From Malacoraja senta (lineage: Eukaryota): a stretch of 64,000 nt of DNA. This document shows, piece after piece, positions 11,901-22,705 of this stretch. Location: assembly GCA_038087875.1 (NCBI GenBank), contig CM075980.1, forward strand, positions 9,424,001 through 9,488,000. Direction: 5' to 3'. A model generated the notes under the pieces. The model did no database searches, was not told where the DNA came from, and was given only the letters and a program-made list of their open reading frames with translations. The position numbers were made by a program, and so were the translations under genes. Position 1 is the first letter of the stretch, and every line of letters starts with the position of its first letter.

Positions 11901-14221
11901 TAATTCTCTATTTCCATTAGTGATATTAGTTCAGACATCCCTGAGCTGCATTTACCATCTCCATTCAGATGTCCGCACTCACCAAGCGTATTTCTTCAGA
12001 TCTAGACAGGCAACTGACTCCAGCTTTCTGCAAGGAGACCCTGAACTCGAGCTCGGGCTGGGATGAGTAGGTCTGAGAGAGCCGCGCTAATGGACTTCCC
12101 CTTGAGGAAGGAAGGATACATCCATCCCCAGGTTTCCATGTCCTCTGGAGATGCTGCACGACCCGCTGAGTTACTCTAGCACTTTGTGTTTTTGTTAGTA
12201 AATCAGCACCTGAAGTTCTCTGTACTCCCAGGTTTTCCATCTATAAATTTACCAAGGTGTTGAGTGGCTCTGAATGTCAATGAACATCATAAAGATTATA
12301 AAAACGACGGCATGACATAAATAACTGAACACTAATCTCTTAAAAGAAACAAACAGAAAATCAAATTACAACTCATTTAACACTGAGAACTATTGCTTGC
12401 AGAAACATCGCAGGCACGTGGACTTAAAAAGAAAATACACAGGAAAGAATAATCAATAAATGATACATTACAAATCTGAAATAAAGAAATACGATTGCGT
12501 CCAAAATCATAATAATAAAAAAACATGTCGATTGTGTGCAAGGAATGGGGCACAATGTCACGTTGTCGAGGCAAGATTAGGGTTATGTAGGTCCTTCCAA
12601 AAATTGGATAGTTGTAGGCAAGTAACTGTTCTTGAGCCGGGTGGTGTACTTTCTATAGTAGATCTGTAAAAGTTTGTTGGTGTATTTGGAGTTGGAGACA
12701 AAGTATTTTTTTAAATTCTTTAAAAGTAGTGGCATTGGCGCTCCTTCGTGGATGCATTTGTTTGCTGGGCCCGGGACAAGTCATCCACGATGTCAATGCC
12801 TTGAATTTAAAGCTGATAACTCTCTCCACCACTGCTCCACCGAAAACAAACTGGCCTGAGGTCCCCGGACATCCTCTTTCTGAAGTCAGCGACCACTTCG
12901 GTCTTGTTGGTTTGGAGAGAAAGGTTGTTGTTCTGACACCACTCAACCAAGTGTTCCGGTTCTCTTCTCTATGTTGACGCAGCACCATCAGTGATTCATC
13001 CAAACAGTATGGTGTTAGGGGTGGACCAATGGATGACTTTGGAGCTGTGCTTCATTCCATAGGTGTAAAGGAAGTAGAACAGGCTGCAAAGCACGCAGCC
13101 TTGAGATGCACTGTGTTGATGGTCAATGGGGAGGAGATGATGTTCCCCATCCGCACTCGGTCACTTGAAGCTAATTCACCAAAAAGTAAAATGGTGACTA
13201 AGCTGATTGTAACCTCCGATCTGCGGTCCCATCCACCTCTGTAACATATCACTACCCACCTTGTTTATTAGGAATATTTCTACCTTTGAAAAAAAATAAA
13301 GACTGCTTCTACCGCATTTTCAGAAACGTAATTGACGAGGCTTTCTCCATTCTGATAGATGTGTTTTGTTTCTACACTTTTTGAAGTAGGTATTTATTTT
13401 TGTGTAACCGGTGACCTTTAGTTTTAGATTACCCCAGACGAATTGTCCTCTCCCTTCACATGCTGTTAAGACCCCGCCTAATCACCTGTGCTTCAATTAA
13501 AGCACCTCTCACGCTTCGAACCTTCGAGCAATTCCTCATGACAACTCGCTCGTTGCATATATGGGTCTATTAGTAATCATTTTCTGAATTGCTTCAAAAG
13601 CATTTACATTTCAATACTCTGCTCGATTCTGCGATGAAGTATAACTGAAGCACTATCAACCTCTCTCTTTTGCATTAGTTTTTTCTGTCGTAAGATGCTA
13701 ACACTGTTACCTTTCATAGGTAGTTGTTGTACCTCATTCTAGCCTGTTGCGAATCCTAGCAGGGAACCGAAATAATTCTGCATCTCAAAACACTGCAAAA
13801 TGTCAGAATGTAATAAGAAGGTTCTCGACCCGAAACGTTATCCATTCCTTCTCTCCAGAGATGCTGCCTGTCCCGCTGAGTTACTCCAGCATTTTGTGTC
13901 TATATTGTAAAGAACATTCTTTTATATCAGTTACCCTTCCAAAATTGACATTTCACGTGATCCCACATCGTGCATTTACCAGGCATTTGCCCATTCACTG
14001 GAACTATCCACATGCACGGTGGTCTTGTTTTGTTCTTCATGTCATTAGCAAATTCAACAGCCATACATTTTTTTGCTTTTTTGACCGTGTGTACTGATCC
14101 ATGAGGCACATCAGTTTTTGCATCTTTCCAACCAGAAATTAGCCTGTTTATGCGTTTTCTATGTTTCCAACTAATCGCCCAATGTTCTGCTCTTCCGATT
14201 ACCATAAACACCAGGACTCTT

Positions 14222-16030
14222 AGAAAAAAGGAACAGGAGTAGGCCATTCGGTCCTTCGAGATGCACCTCCATTCAATATGATCATGGCTGATCATCCAAA
14301 ATCAGTACCCCGTTCCTGCTTTCTCCCCATATCCCTTAATTCCATCAGCCCTAAAAGCTATATCTACCTCTCTCTTGAACATATCCAGTGAATTGGCGTC
14401 CACTGCCTCCACTTCTATGGCAGAGAATACCACAGATTCACAACTCTCTGGGTAAAAACGTGTTTCCGCATCTCAGTCCTAAATGCCCTACCCTTTCGTT
14501 TTTTTACGGCGAGCCCTGGTTCTTGACTCCCCCAACATCGGGCACATGTTACCTGCATCACGCGTATCCAATCTATTAAGAAGTTTATATATTTTTATAA
14601 CCCCTCTTATAGTTCCGAATTCCAGTGCATATAAGCCCAGTCAATCATTTGTTAGTTCCACCATCCCGGGAATTAATCTGGTGAACCTACGTTGCACTCC
14701 CTCAATAGCAAGAATGTCCTTCTTCAAATTAGGCGACTAAAACAGCACACAATACTACAGGAGTGGTCTCGCCAGGGCCCAGTACAACTGCAGTAGGTCC
14801 TCCTTGCTCCTATACTCAAATCCTCTCGATATGAAGGCCTACGTGCCATTTGCTTTCTTCACTGCCTGCTGTACCTGCATGCTTTCGTTCAGTGACTGAT
14901 GTTCAGGGACACCCAGGTCTCGTTGCACCTCCCCTTACCACAATCTGACACCATTCAGATAATAATCTGCCTTCTTGTTTTTGCCACCAAAGTGGATAAC
15001 CTCATATTTATCCACATAATACTGCAGCTGCCATGCATCTGCCCACTCGCCAATCTTGTCCGTCACCCTGCAGCCTCATAGCATCCTCCTCGCAGCTCAC
15101 ACTGCTACCCAGCTTTGTGTGAGCTGCAAACTTGGAGATGTTACATTTAATTCCATCATCGTCTATATATATTGTAAATAACCGAGGTCCCATCACGAAG
15201 CCTTGTGGCACCCCACTAGTCACTGCCTGCCTATCTGAAAAGGACCCGTTAATTCCTACTCTTTGCTTCCTGTCTGCCATACAGTTCTCCGTCCATATCA
15301 ATACCCTACCCCCAATATTACCATATTATTTACCAGATCAACCTTTGATTCATCACCTTATCAAATGCCTGCTCGAAATTATATCTGCCTGGCATGGTAC
15401 TTCATCAAAGACTTTCGTTAAATTGGTGAAACATCGTTCATAAATTCATAAATTGCAGTAGGAGAATTAGGCTATTCGGCCCATTAATTCTAGCCCGCCA
15501 TTCTATCACGCTTGATTCATCTTTTCTTCTCAACCCCATTCTCCTGACTTCTTCTCATAAACATTAACACTGTTACTAATCAACAACCACTCAATCTCCA
15601 CCTTAAAAATATCCATTGACTTGGCTTTCACAGCCTTTTGTGGCAATGAATTCCACTGATTCACCACCCTCTGACGAAAGGAACTCCTCCTCGTCTCCTT
15701 TCTAAATGGACGTGATTTTATTCTGAGGCTTTCACCTCTGGTCCTAGACTCCCCCGCTCGTCGAAACATCCACTCCACATCCACTCTATCCAGGCCTTCA
15801 CAATTCGGTAAATTTCAATGAGGTCTCTTCCCTCTCATCCTCATAAACTATATAGCGAGCACGGATCCAGTGCCGTCAAACGCTCATCACACGTTAACCC
15901 AATTATCACTGGGATCACCCTCGTAAACCTCCTCTGGACCCTCTCCAACACCAGCTCATCCTTCCTCAGATTGGAGCCCAAAACTGCTCACTTCACTCCA
16001 AATGCGGTCTGACCAGTGCCTTATAAAGGC
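14222..16030 (-). mobile_element. Cluster of CR1 RT / 3' fragments (paralogue at ~33293-35600)
   Basis: Minus-strand ORF pieces KQRVGINGSFSDRQAVTSGVPQG, KCNISKFA and SRTRGESLRIK; CR1 3' UTR at 14225-14340. Confidence 0.85.
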
Positions 16031-16855
16031 TCAGCATTACATCCCTGTTTTTGTATTTTGTTTTTGTGTTCTGGCCCTCTCGAAAGAAATGCTTTCCTTG
16101 CTACCGACTTGTAAATTAACTTTTGGGGAATCCTGCACCATCACTCCTGAGCCCCTTTGCTCTCTCTTTATCAACAACATTTTAACTTTTCCGAGATAAC
16201 CTGGATCATTTTGTCAGTACCCTTTATATCGATTTGGTAACAGCTTACAATATTTCTGCAGGACAGATGTGCAACCAACTGGCCTGCGGTGGACGACTTT
16301 CTGTCTCTCTTCCTTTCTTGATGAAAATGAATACCAAGGAACGTCCATGGTAGTTTTGAAATAAAAAACTCTAAGCAATAAATTCAGTACTGCAATGAAA
16401 TTAATTAAGACTCTAGAATGAAATACAATACATCTTGTCCACCCTGTCAGCCCGTGGCTCTATCGACTTCCTAATGATTGCAACTTTTGTGAATTTGTTC
16501 CTTGCTTCCATGTCTGCAGCCGTTTCTGGGATGCTAAGTCCATGTTCTGTAGAGCAGACTGATGAAAAATTACCTTTTAAATTATCTGTCATCTCCATAT
16601 TCCCCTTTAATTATACGACTGCGAATTATTTGTAGGAAAAGGACAAATGTATTATTTTATAATTATGAGAGCCGGCTCTCACAGAACAGTTCCCGTCTGA
16701 GTCTCAGAGCTTCCCTCCCCCTCCCCCCGCAGCCGTTGAGTTTACCGTTGTCTGCTATTCTCCTCCCACTTAAAACAATATGAATATTTCATTTTCCCAA
16801 AGGACTGGAGCTGCCAGAAATATCATTTTACATCGAGCCAATAATTCAGTGAATC

Positions 16856-16926
16856 GATGTCACGTGGATAAAGATTTGCTTGAATAATTAATAATTAGTG
16901 ACGTTGGGATGCTGAAGAGTTTAAAA
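16856..16926 (+). promoter_or_regulatory. IgL cluster 1 V promoter: E-box, degenerate octamer, CRE half-site, TATA-like
   Basis: GTCACGTGG (CACGTG 16861-16866), ATTTGCTT 16874-16881 (octamer with one mismatch), TGACGT 16899-16904, TTTAAAA 16920-16926. The module is conserved in all three clusters. Confidence 0.75.
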
Positions 16927-16989
16927 GAGAAATTCGAAAGGGCTCAAAACCGCACTTGTGCAGCAAAATATTCCTTTATCACCTTCGAC

Positions 16990-17035
16990 ATGGCTGAATG
17001 GGTTTGGGTTCTCGCCTTGGTGACCTGTTTCCACT
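16990..17035 (+). CDS. IGL: Ig lambda light chain cluster 1 leader exon
   Basis: ATG..MAEWVWVLALVTCFH+T, hydrophobic signal peptide, phase-1 donor GTGAG at 17036; 96-nt intron to the AG at 17130-17131. Confidence 0.92.
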
Positions 17036-17131
17036 GTGAGTCGAGGGCAGAATGATTAATACTGTATCGTTTTACATTCTGCTGTGTTTTTTTCTAATGG
17101 TTCTGTATATTTATCTGTTTTTTTCTATCAG

Positions 17132-17480
17132 CTATAAACGCGGAGACTACCTTGACTCAGGACCCGTCTATATCAACATCGCCGGGAACAACCGTCAAAA
17201 TCACCTGTACCCTGTCAGGGGGCAGCATCGGTAGCTTGTACACGAGCTGGTACTGGCAGAAGCCGAGCAGCAGCCCTGTCTTCGTGTGGTATGAAGGCTC
17301 CACCAGAGGCACCGGAATTCCAGACAGATTCACGGGTTCCGTGGACTCATCCATGAACCAAATGCATTTAACCATCACCAACGTGCAATCGGAGGACGCT
17401 GCGGGATTATTACTGTGGTGTGTGGGACAACAGTAAAGACAAATTCACCTTTGGCAGAGGAACCAAACTGAATCTAAGCA
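17132..17480 (+). pseudogene. IGL: Germline-joined VJ exon, lambda/type II, cluster 1; +1 frameshift before Cys104 (pseudogene or assembly error)
   Basis: ETTLTQ..ITC..WYWQKP..PVFVWY..IPDRFTGS..EDAA, then an extra G at 17403-17405 leads to TAA at 17434-17436. The corrected frame reads DYYCGVWDNSKDKFTFGRGTKLNLS with a GTAAGT donor at 17481. No RSS lies between V and J. Confidence 0.9.
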
Positions 17481-19824
17481 GTAAGTAAAGTATTCACGTT
17501 TTGAAACAACGAATCGTTGAACTTAGGTTTTGCTTTCCATCATAAATCCTCGGTAGAAAGATCCTATAAACCTAAGTAGAACACAACGGGTCAGGCAGCA
17601 TCTCCGGTAGACGTATGTATGGGCAATATATCATATTCTCTTTGGGAGACTTTCCCGAACGGAAATATCGTCTTTCTATGTCCTCCAGAGATGCTGTCGG
17701 ATCCGCTGGATTACTTCAGCACTTTGTGTTGTACTCAAGTTGCCAACTTGTTTCTCCTACGTGAACTTGGTGTTTATGATCCTTTACCTCCATCCCTACA
17801 ACACTCCGAGAAATCTGCGCTCACCTAACCGTGGCTTCTTGATCATCGTGGAATTTAGCACCTTCACATACTGACAGCTGTGCATCAAAGTTGTTAAATT
17901 CTGGAATGATCTCCTGAAGCTCTATTTTCCCCTTTCTTCCCTGATGTTCATGAAAACTGCTCGTTCAGGCGAAATGCTGATTCTCTGATTTGATGTATCC
18001 TCAAGTGGCGGGTTTCATTCGAGACTGCTGCTATTGATCACTTTGCTTCAATATAAGCGTAATGCAAACGAACACTGTTGCCGTTACTTGAAAAAATGTT
18101 CGGGAAATTATGAGATATTATTAGCTTACGGTATATTGTGGAAACTGAGAATACCAACTCCGAGAGTGGGCCAAATAGAATCATTGGAAGCATCCAAAGG
18201 AAAGTTAATAAACATTTGGCAAGGGATGTTGGTGAATTTAAATGGGATATTTTTGACATTGCAAATACCCATTAGGGCAAATTGCCCGGTTGCTTTCTGA
18301 TCGTTTTAATGATACCATCAGGGTGAAGTCGCGTCTCGACAGGTTTACACGCGCTCCCTACAACAGCGCTAAAACTAATTGTCAAGGAAAAGGTAGAAAA
18401 CAAATATTTAAACGCTTCGCACGGCACCATTTTGAATTCCCTTCATGCGAAAGTGTGGAGGATTGTTGCAAGTCTGATTCAGGTCCGAAATTAGAAACGA
18501 GAGCAGAACCTTATTTGGGTTCATTTCTCGTTCAGCTCGCCATTGCCTCCTTAGCTGATCACATTTGTGTGGATATGCCGTCAGACTCTTTGTACCCACC
18601 TTGCAAGGGATTTTGATGCTGGTTCTCCGATTGTCATCGAGTGTCTGATATAGCAAAAAACACTGACTGTTCATTATGCTGATAAACATGATCCCTCTGA
18701 GTGTTGATTTTTTTTACAGGCAAGCGAGATATCATTTTGCCTTTTTCGGATAAATTAGTGCAGAAATGGGCACACAAGTATACGAGGTTATTGCTGAATT
18801 GCTCAGAATCGAAAGATTGGGAGGAAATAGTACAGCGTCTTTAAATTCAGCATTAGCTTGAAATGTTTGTTAAAGTTCGAATATGTTGGATGTTCACCCC
18901 AGAGCTGTCTGGATCTGTGTCAGAAGGAATTTGAATCTGACCAAAACATTTCTTTAGTTTTACCTTTCATTTATCTGGCCGCCACCATCCTTAAATCATG
19001 GACTTTCTGGACGATGTGGAAGGTTCACTAATAACATTCTAAAGACTATTCCGCGAAAGAATAGGGATTACTATTTAAACAAGCATTAATTTGGAAATGC
19101 TACTCATTCTGCCAGGATGAGTTGTGATTCAATTTTTTCCTCCCGTTTCCAAGATCTGAAGAAAATCGTAGACTACATGTTTCACCAAACCTCGGATATT
19201 CGCACAATAAAAATTAACCTATCATGATTCTGCTGTATAAAATGAGGTTTATAAATCAACGGTAATTGTAAAGCCAGTGCAGTACACGACCATAGAGCCG
19301 CGGAGTTATGCAGCGGTGGAACAGCCCTGAACTCCACCTATTTCATGCCGACCGAGGTGCTCTACTTAAGCTGGTCCCATTTGCGCGTGCCAGGCCCATA
19401 TCTCTTTGAACCTTTCTTATCCAAGTATTAATTCAAAAGTTTTTTAAAATTGTGTTATTGTACCTGCCTCATCAACTTCTCCGGGGAACTCATTCCATGG
19501 AGTCTACGCATTATGTGTACAAATGTTGCCCTGAACCAAAGCCCTCTAGTTCTTCATTCTCCTACTACGGGGAAAAGACTCCGTGCGCTAACCCTATATA
19601 TTCCCCTCGCGATTTTGTACACCGCCATGCAATCACCCCCTAAGGTCTTCTACACTCCAAGGACTAACGCCCTAGCATATCCAATCTATGCCTATAGTTC
19701 AGGCGTTCGAAACCTGGCACCGTCGACATAAATCTTGCCTGGAGTCATTCCAGCTTAATCGATTCTGACTTTTAACGTAAACTGATAAATAATTCACTTG
19801 AATTTATTTCAATTCTATTTTCAG

Positions 19825-20147
19825 GTCCGCGGCCCCCCAACGTTTCCATTCTGGCGCCTTCAATGGGCGAAGTCACCGCAAAAAGTACTGCCACCCTGGT
19901 GTGTTTGGTGAGCGGGTTCAATCCGGGCGCTGTTGACATTGAATGGACCGTAGACGGCAGTGCGAGAAGTGATGGCGCTGCGACCAGCCGGGTCCAGCAG
20001 GAGAAGGACAACTCGTTCAGTGCGAGCAGTTACCTGACTCTGCCAGCCTCCGACTGGAACTCACACGACCTTTACTCCTGTGTGGTTAAACACGAAACCC
20101 AGGCAAACCCGATTAAGGCCAATATCGCCAGATCCAGTTGCCTCTAA
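19825..20147 (+). CDS. IGL: Ig lambda constant exon, cluster 1 (intact)
   Basis: Acceptor ttttcag, then (S)PRPPNVSILAPS..ATLVCLVSGFNPG..EWTVDG..SSYLTL..LYSCVVKHE..RSSCL*. Both Cys, the Trp and the terminal interchain Cys are present. Confidence 0.96.
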
Positions 20148-20326
20148 TTCAAAGGATGAAATTCCCGATTTGCTACATTTCTTTGTAAATTAATCCAATA
20201 TTCAGATATCGAATGTTCGCTTTAACAGGGTATTTGTTCAAACGCAGCACGTGTGCATTTTGTTGCCTTGTATGCGCTGTCCGTATTTTACGATGAACTG
20301 AAAAACAATAATGTAACATTTAATGC

Positions 20327-20332
20327 AATAAA
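20327..20332 (+). terminator. Candidate polyadenylation signal, cluster 1
   Basis: AATAAA 180 nt after the C stop codon; conserved at 40026-40031 in cluster 2. A second AATAAA lies at 20397-20402. Confidence 0.6.
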
Positions 20333-22119
20333 CCCGATTATTCTATTTACGATGCATCGTTGTCATTTTTTGTGCAAATGTCCTTGCCTTCAATAGAATA
20401 AAAACAATAATGTCCGATGATGCCAGTGTGTATAAACTGGCATTTTGTGAAACATCGTTATATTTCAAATAAACTGCGTTTTCATGATTGATGATGATCC
20501 ATGTGTTAGGACAGCTGAAGGGACTGCTTGCAAGTACCCCCCGAGTGAAGAAATTAGGTGCAAATCCGTGTTTCCTACTTTGGATATCCCAGAAATACGG
20601 GTGCAGTCTTGGCATTACGCTAATATGCTTAAAGTAGCCAAATGTCTCTAATCGATCCGCACAAAATATCACAATATATCAGTTTATCCCATGCAAAACG
20701 CGATGAAAAGTGTGGTTTGACGAATTAGTTAACCGCGGCATTACCGTGGGCTTAAATCAGCTCAACATTAATCACCAGAAGTGGTCATATATTTAAACAG
20801 TATAACGAGAGGAATAAAGTTCAGGCTGGTAGGGGTGAGCGCTAGACTCATCTTGAAGGGGGGCTTCGCACCAACAATTAACCGAAGTAAAAGTAGTTAC
20901 TTCGCGATTCCCAGAAATGGGATAAACAGCTTGCGGGATATGGCAACTGGTTGGATGTTCTTCTCTGGGAATTAATAAAATGTTTAACAGGGGGAATAAA
21001 TTGAGAAAAGTGATGTACTGTGGCTGGGGAAAATCTGCTTCCGATGTGGGTAAGTCCTATCCGGAGGGAACCTCCAGTACGATGTCAATTTCCAGTAGTA
21101 AAATAACAGGTTGGGGACGTGTGCTGTCTATTTTCACCCCATCTCTTCCTCCACGGTTATCATTCACTCCCTTTCCCCCTTATTTTGTAGCCTATTTCAC
21201 TTCTTGTTCCCTTTTCGCCCCCAGCCTTTGCTAATTAACCCCCTACCCCCATCTGTTTATTAACCCCCTCTCACTTGTATCCACCTATCACTTGGCAGGC
21301 TGTATCACACCTCATATCTATTTTCCAGCTTTCTCCCCTCTGTTCCAATTAGTCTGCAGAAGGGTCTCGACCTGAAATGATGCCTCGCCATTCTAATCAG
21401 ATGTTGCCTGACCCGGCGAGTCATGTTGAGTCCAATGGCGAAATCTTGTTTTGCTGGATTTGTCCGGTATTATGACCACCTCTCTGATCGAATTTACCTC
21501 TTCAATCCACTTCTTGTCAGACATAACATAATCTCATAACATTAATCAAATGGAGAGCCGAGATTAGAAACTGATAGTAGAAAGAAAAGTAGCGTTTTAT
21601 CCTTAAATATATACTGTTTTCATTTTCTTGAATCAGCTTTTTCAACGATATAATTAATTTTTAAAAATTGGTTTTTTACAAAGAAACAAATTTCGTATTT
21701 TATAGTTTTACAACTCCTTGTAAAATTGAAGTAATTAGGTGGCGAAAGCCTCAAAGTTAGTGACAGAAGGAGAAGCTCCGTTCTCAGCATTCCCCTCTCT
21801 TGTTCCAGGGCCAAGGCTTGATTGCTGGCTTGCATGAAGCCGACAACTCCTGGGGCCTGGTGGCTACCATCCGCATCCGAAGCAGGTAAATGTGGACGGG
21901 CGGTGGACCGCATCTGGAACAATTCGCATGATATTCAATTACAATTCGATACCCAACATTCTCACAGTTCCACTTGTGAAGATCTCCACGTATATTTGTC
22001 AGTTAATGCAATACTCGTTACAAAGCCTTAATTGACCGATATTTTCCACCATGGCCACGGTACATTATGATTCGTTCTTCACTAAAGGCTGGAGCTACGA
22101 ACGTTTTCAAACAAAGGAG

Positions 22120-22285
22120 AGGGGCACATTGGCCCAGCGCTGGAGTTGCTGCCTTACAGCGCCAGGGACCCGGGTTCAATCCCGACTGCGGGTGCTGTCT
22201 GTATGAAATTTGTACATTCTCCCCGTAGCCGCGTGGGATTTCTCTGGGTGCTCCGGTTTCCTCCCACGTTCCAAAGACGTACAGG
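22120..22285 (+). mobile_element. tRNA-derived V-SINE (HE1-like)
   Basis: Box A-like TGGCCCAGCGCTGG, box B GGTTCAATCCC, then the V-domain (ttctccccgt..gcgtgggatttctctgggtgctccggtttcctcccac). Confidence 0.75.
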
Positions 22286-22455
22286 TATTTTACTGGATTG
22301 GAATGCTCGTCCGTTTCTTCACTTCCTAGTTCAGTTGCAAAAATAAGACAAAGTGTCTTATTTGCCCCGACATCAGCGCCACCCCCCCCCCTCCCCATCA
22401 ACCCCTGAACCTCCAAGGGATCTTGGTCCCTCCAATACACAGCATACTAATTCAT

Positions 22456-22705
22456 GGGCGGGCACGGTGGCGCAGCGGTAGTATTGCTGCGTTACAGTGC
22501 TTACAGCGACAGAGACCCGGGTTCGATCTCGGCTACAGGAGCTTCTCTGTACGGAGTTTGTACGTTCTCCCGGTGACCTACGTGGGGTTTCTCCGAGAAC
22601 TTCGGTTTCCTCCCACACTCCAAAGACGTAGGATAGCGTTAATGTGCGGGGATCGCTCGTCGATGCGGACTCGGTGGGCCGACGGGCCTGATTCCGCGCT
22701 GTATC
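22456..22705 (+). mobile_element. tRNA-derived V-SINE (HE1-like) with LINE-like 3' end
   Basis: Box A TGGCGCAGCGG, box B GGTTCGATCT, V-domain, 3' gggccgacgggcctgattccgcgctgtatc. Confidence 0.78.

Larger units (their letters stand above)
7435..21459 (+). repeat. Segmental duplication unit 1 (contains IgL cluster 1)
   Basis: Colinear homology with 22986-41164, starting at tcgtcacctcccaacgtgatcccacc and ending at tcttgttttgctggat. The order of repeat remnants, promoter, L, VJ, intron, C and 3' flank is shared. Confidence 0.93.

Noticed and set aside
17411-17417. TACTGTG cryptic heptamer at the V 3' end (also 37048-37054), as used in mammalian VH replacement
   Set aside because: It is dictated by the Tyr-Cys-Gly codons, has no nonamer at 12 or 23 nt, and there is no unrearranged RSS-bearing donor V in the window.
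17644-17656. GGGAGACTTTCCC kappaB-like site in the J-C intron as an intronic enhancer
   Set aside because: It lies in a decayed Penelope-derived repeat, and the cluster 2 copy (GCGAGACTTTCCC) does not keep it.
22120-22705. Box A/box B sequences suggesting tRNA genes
   Set aside because: They continue into V-SINE central domains and lack a cloverleaf 3' half, so they are SINE heads.
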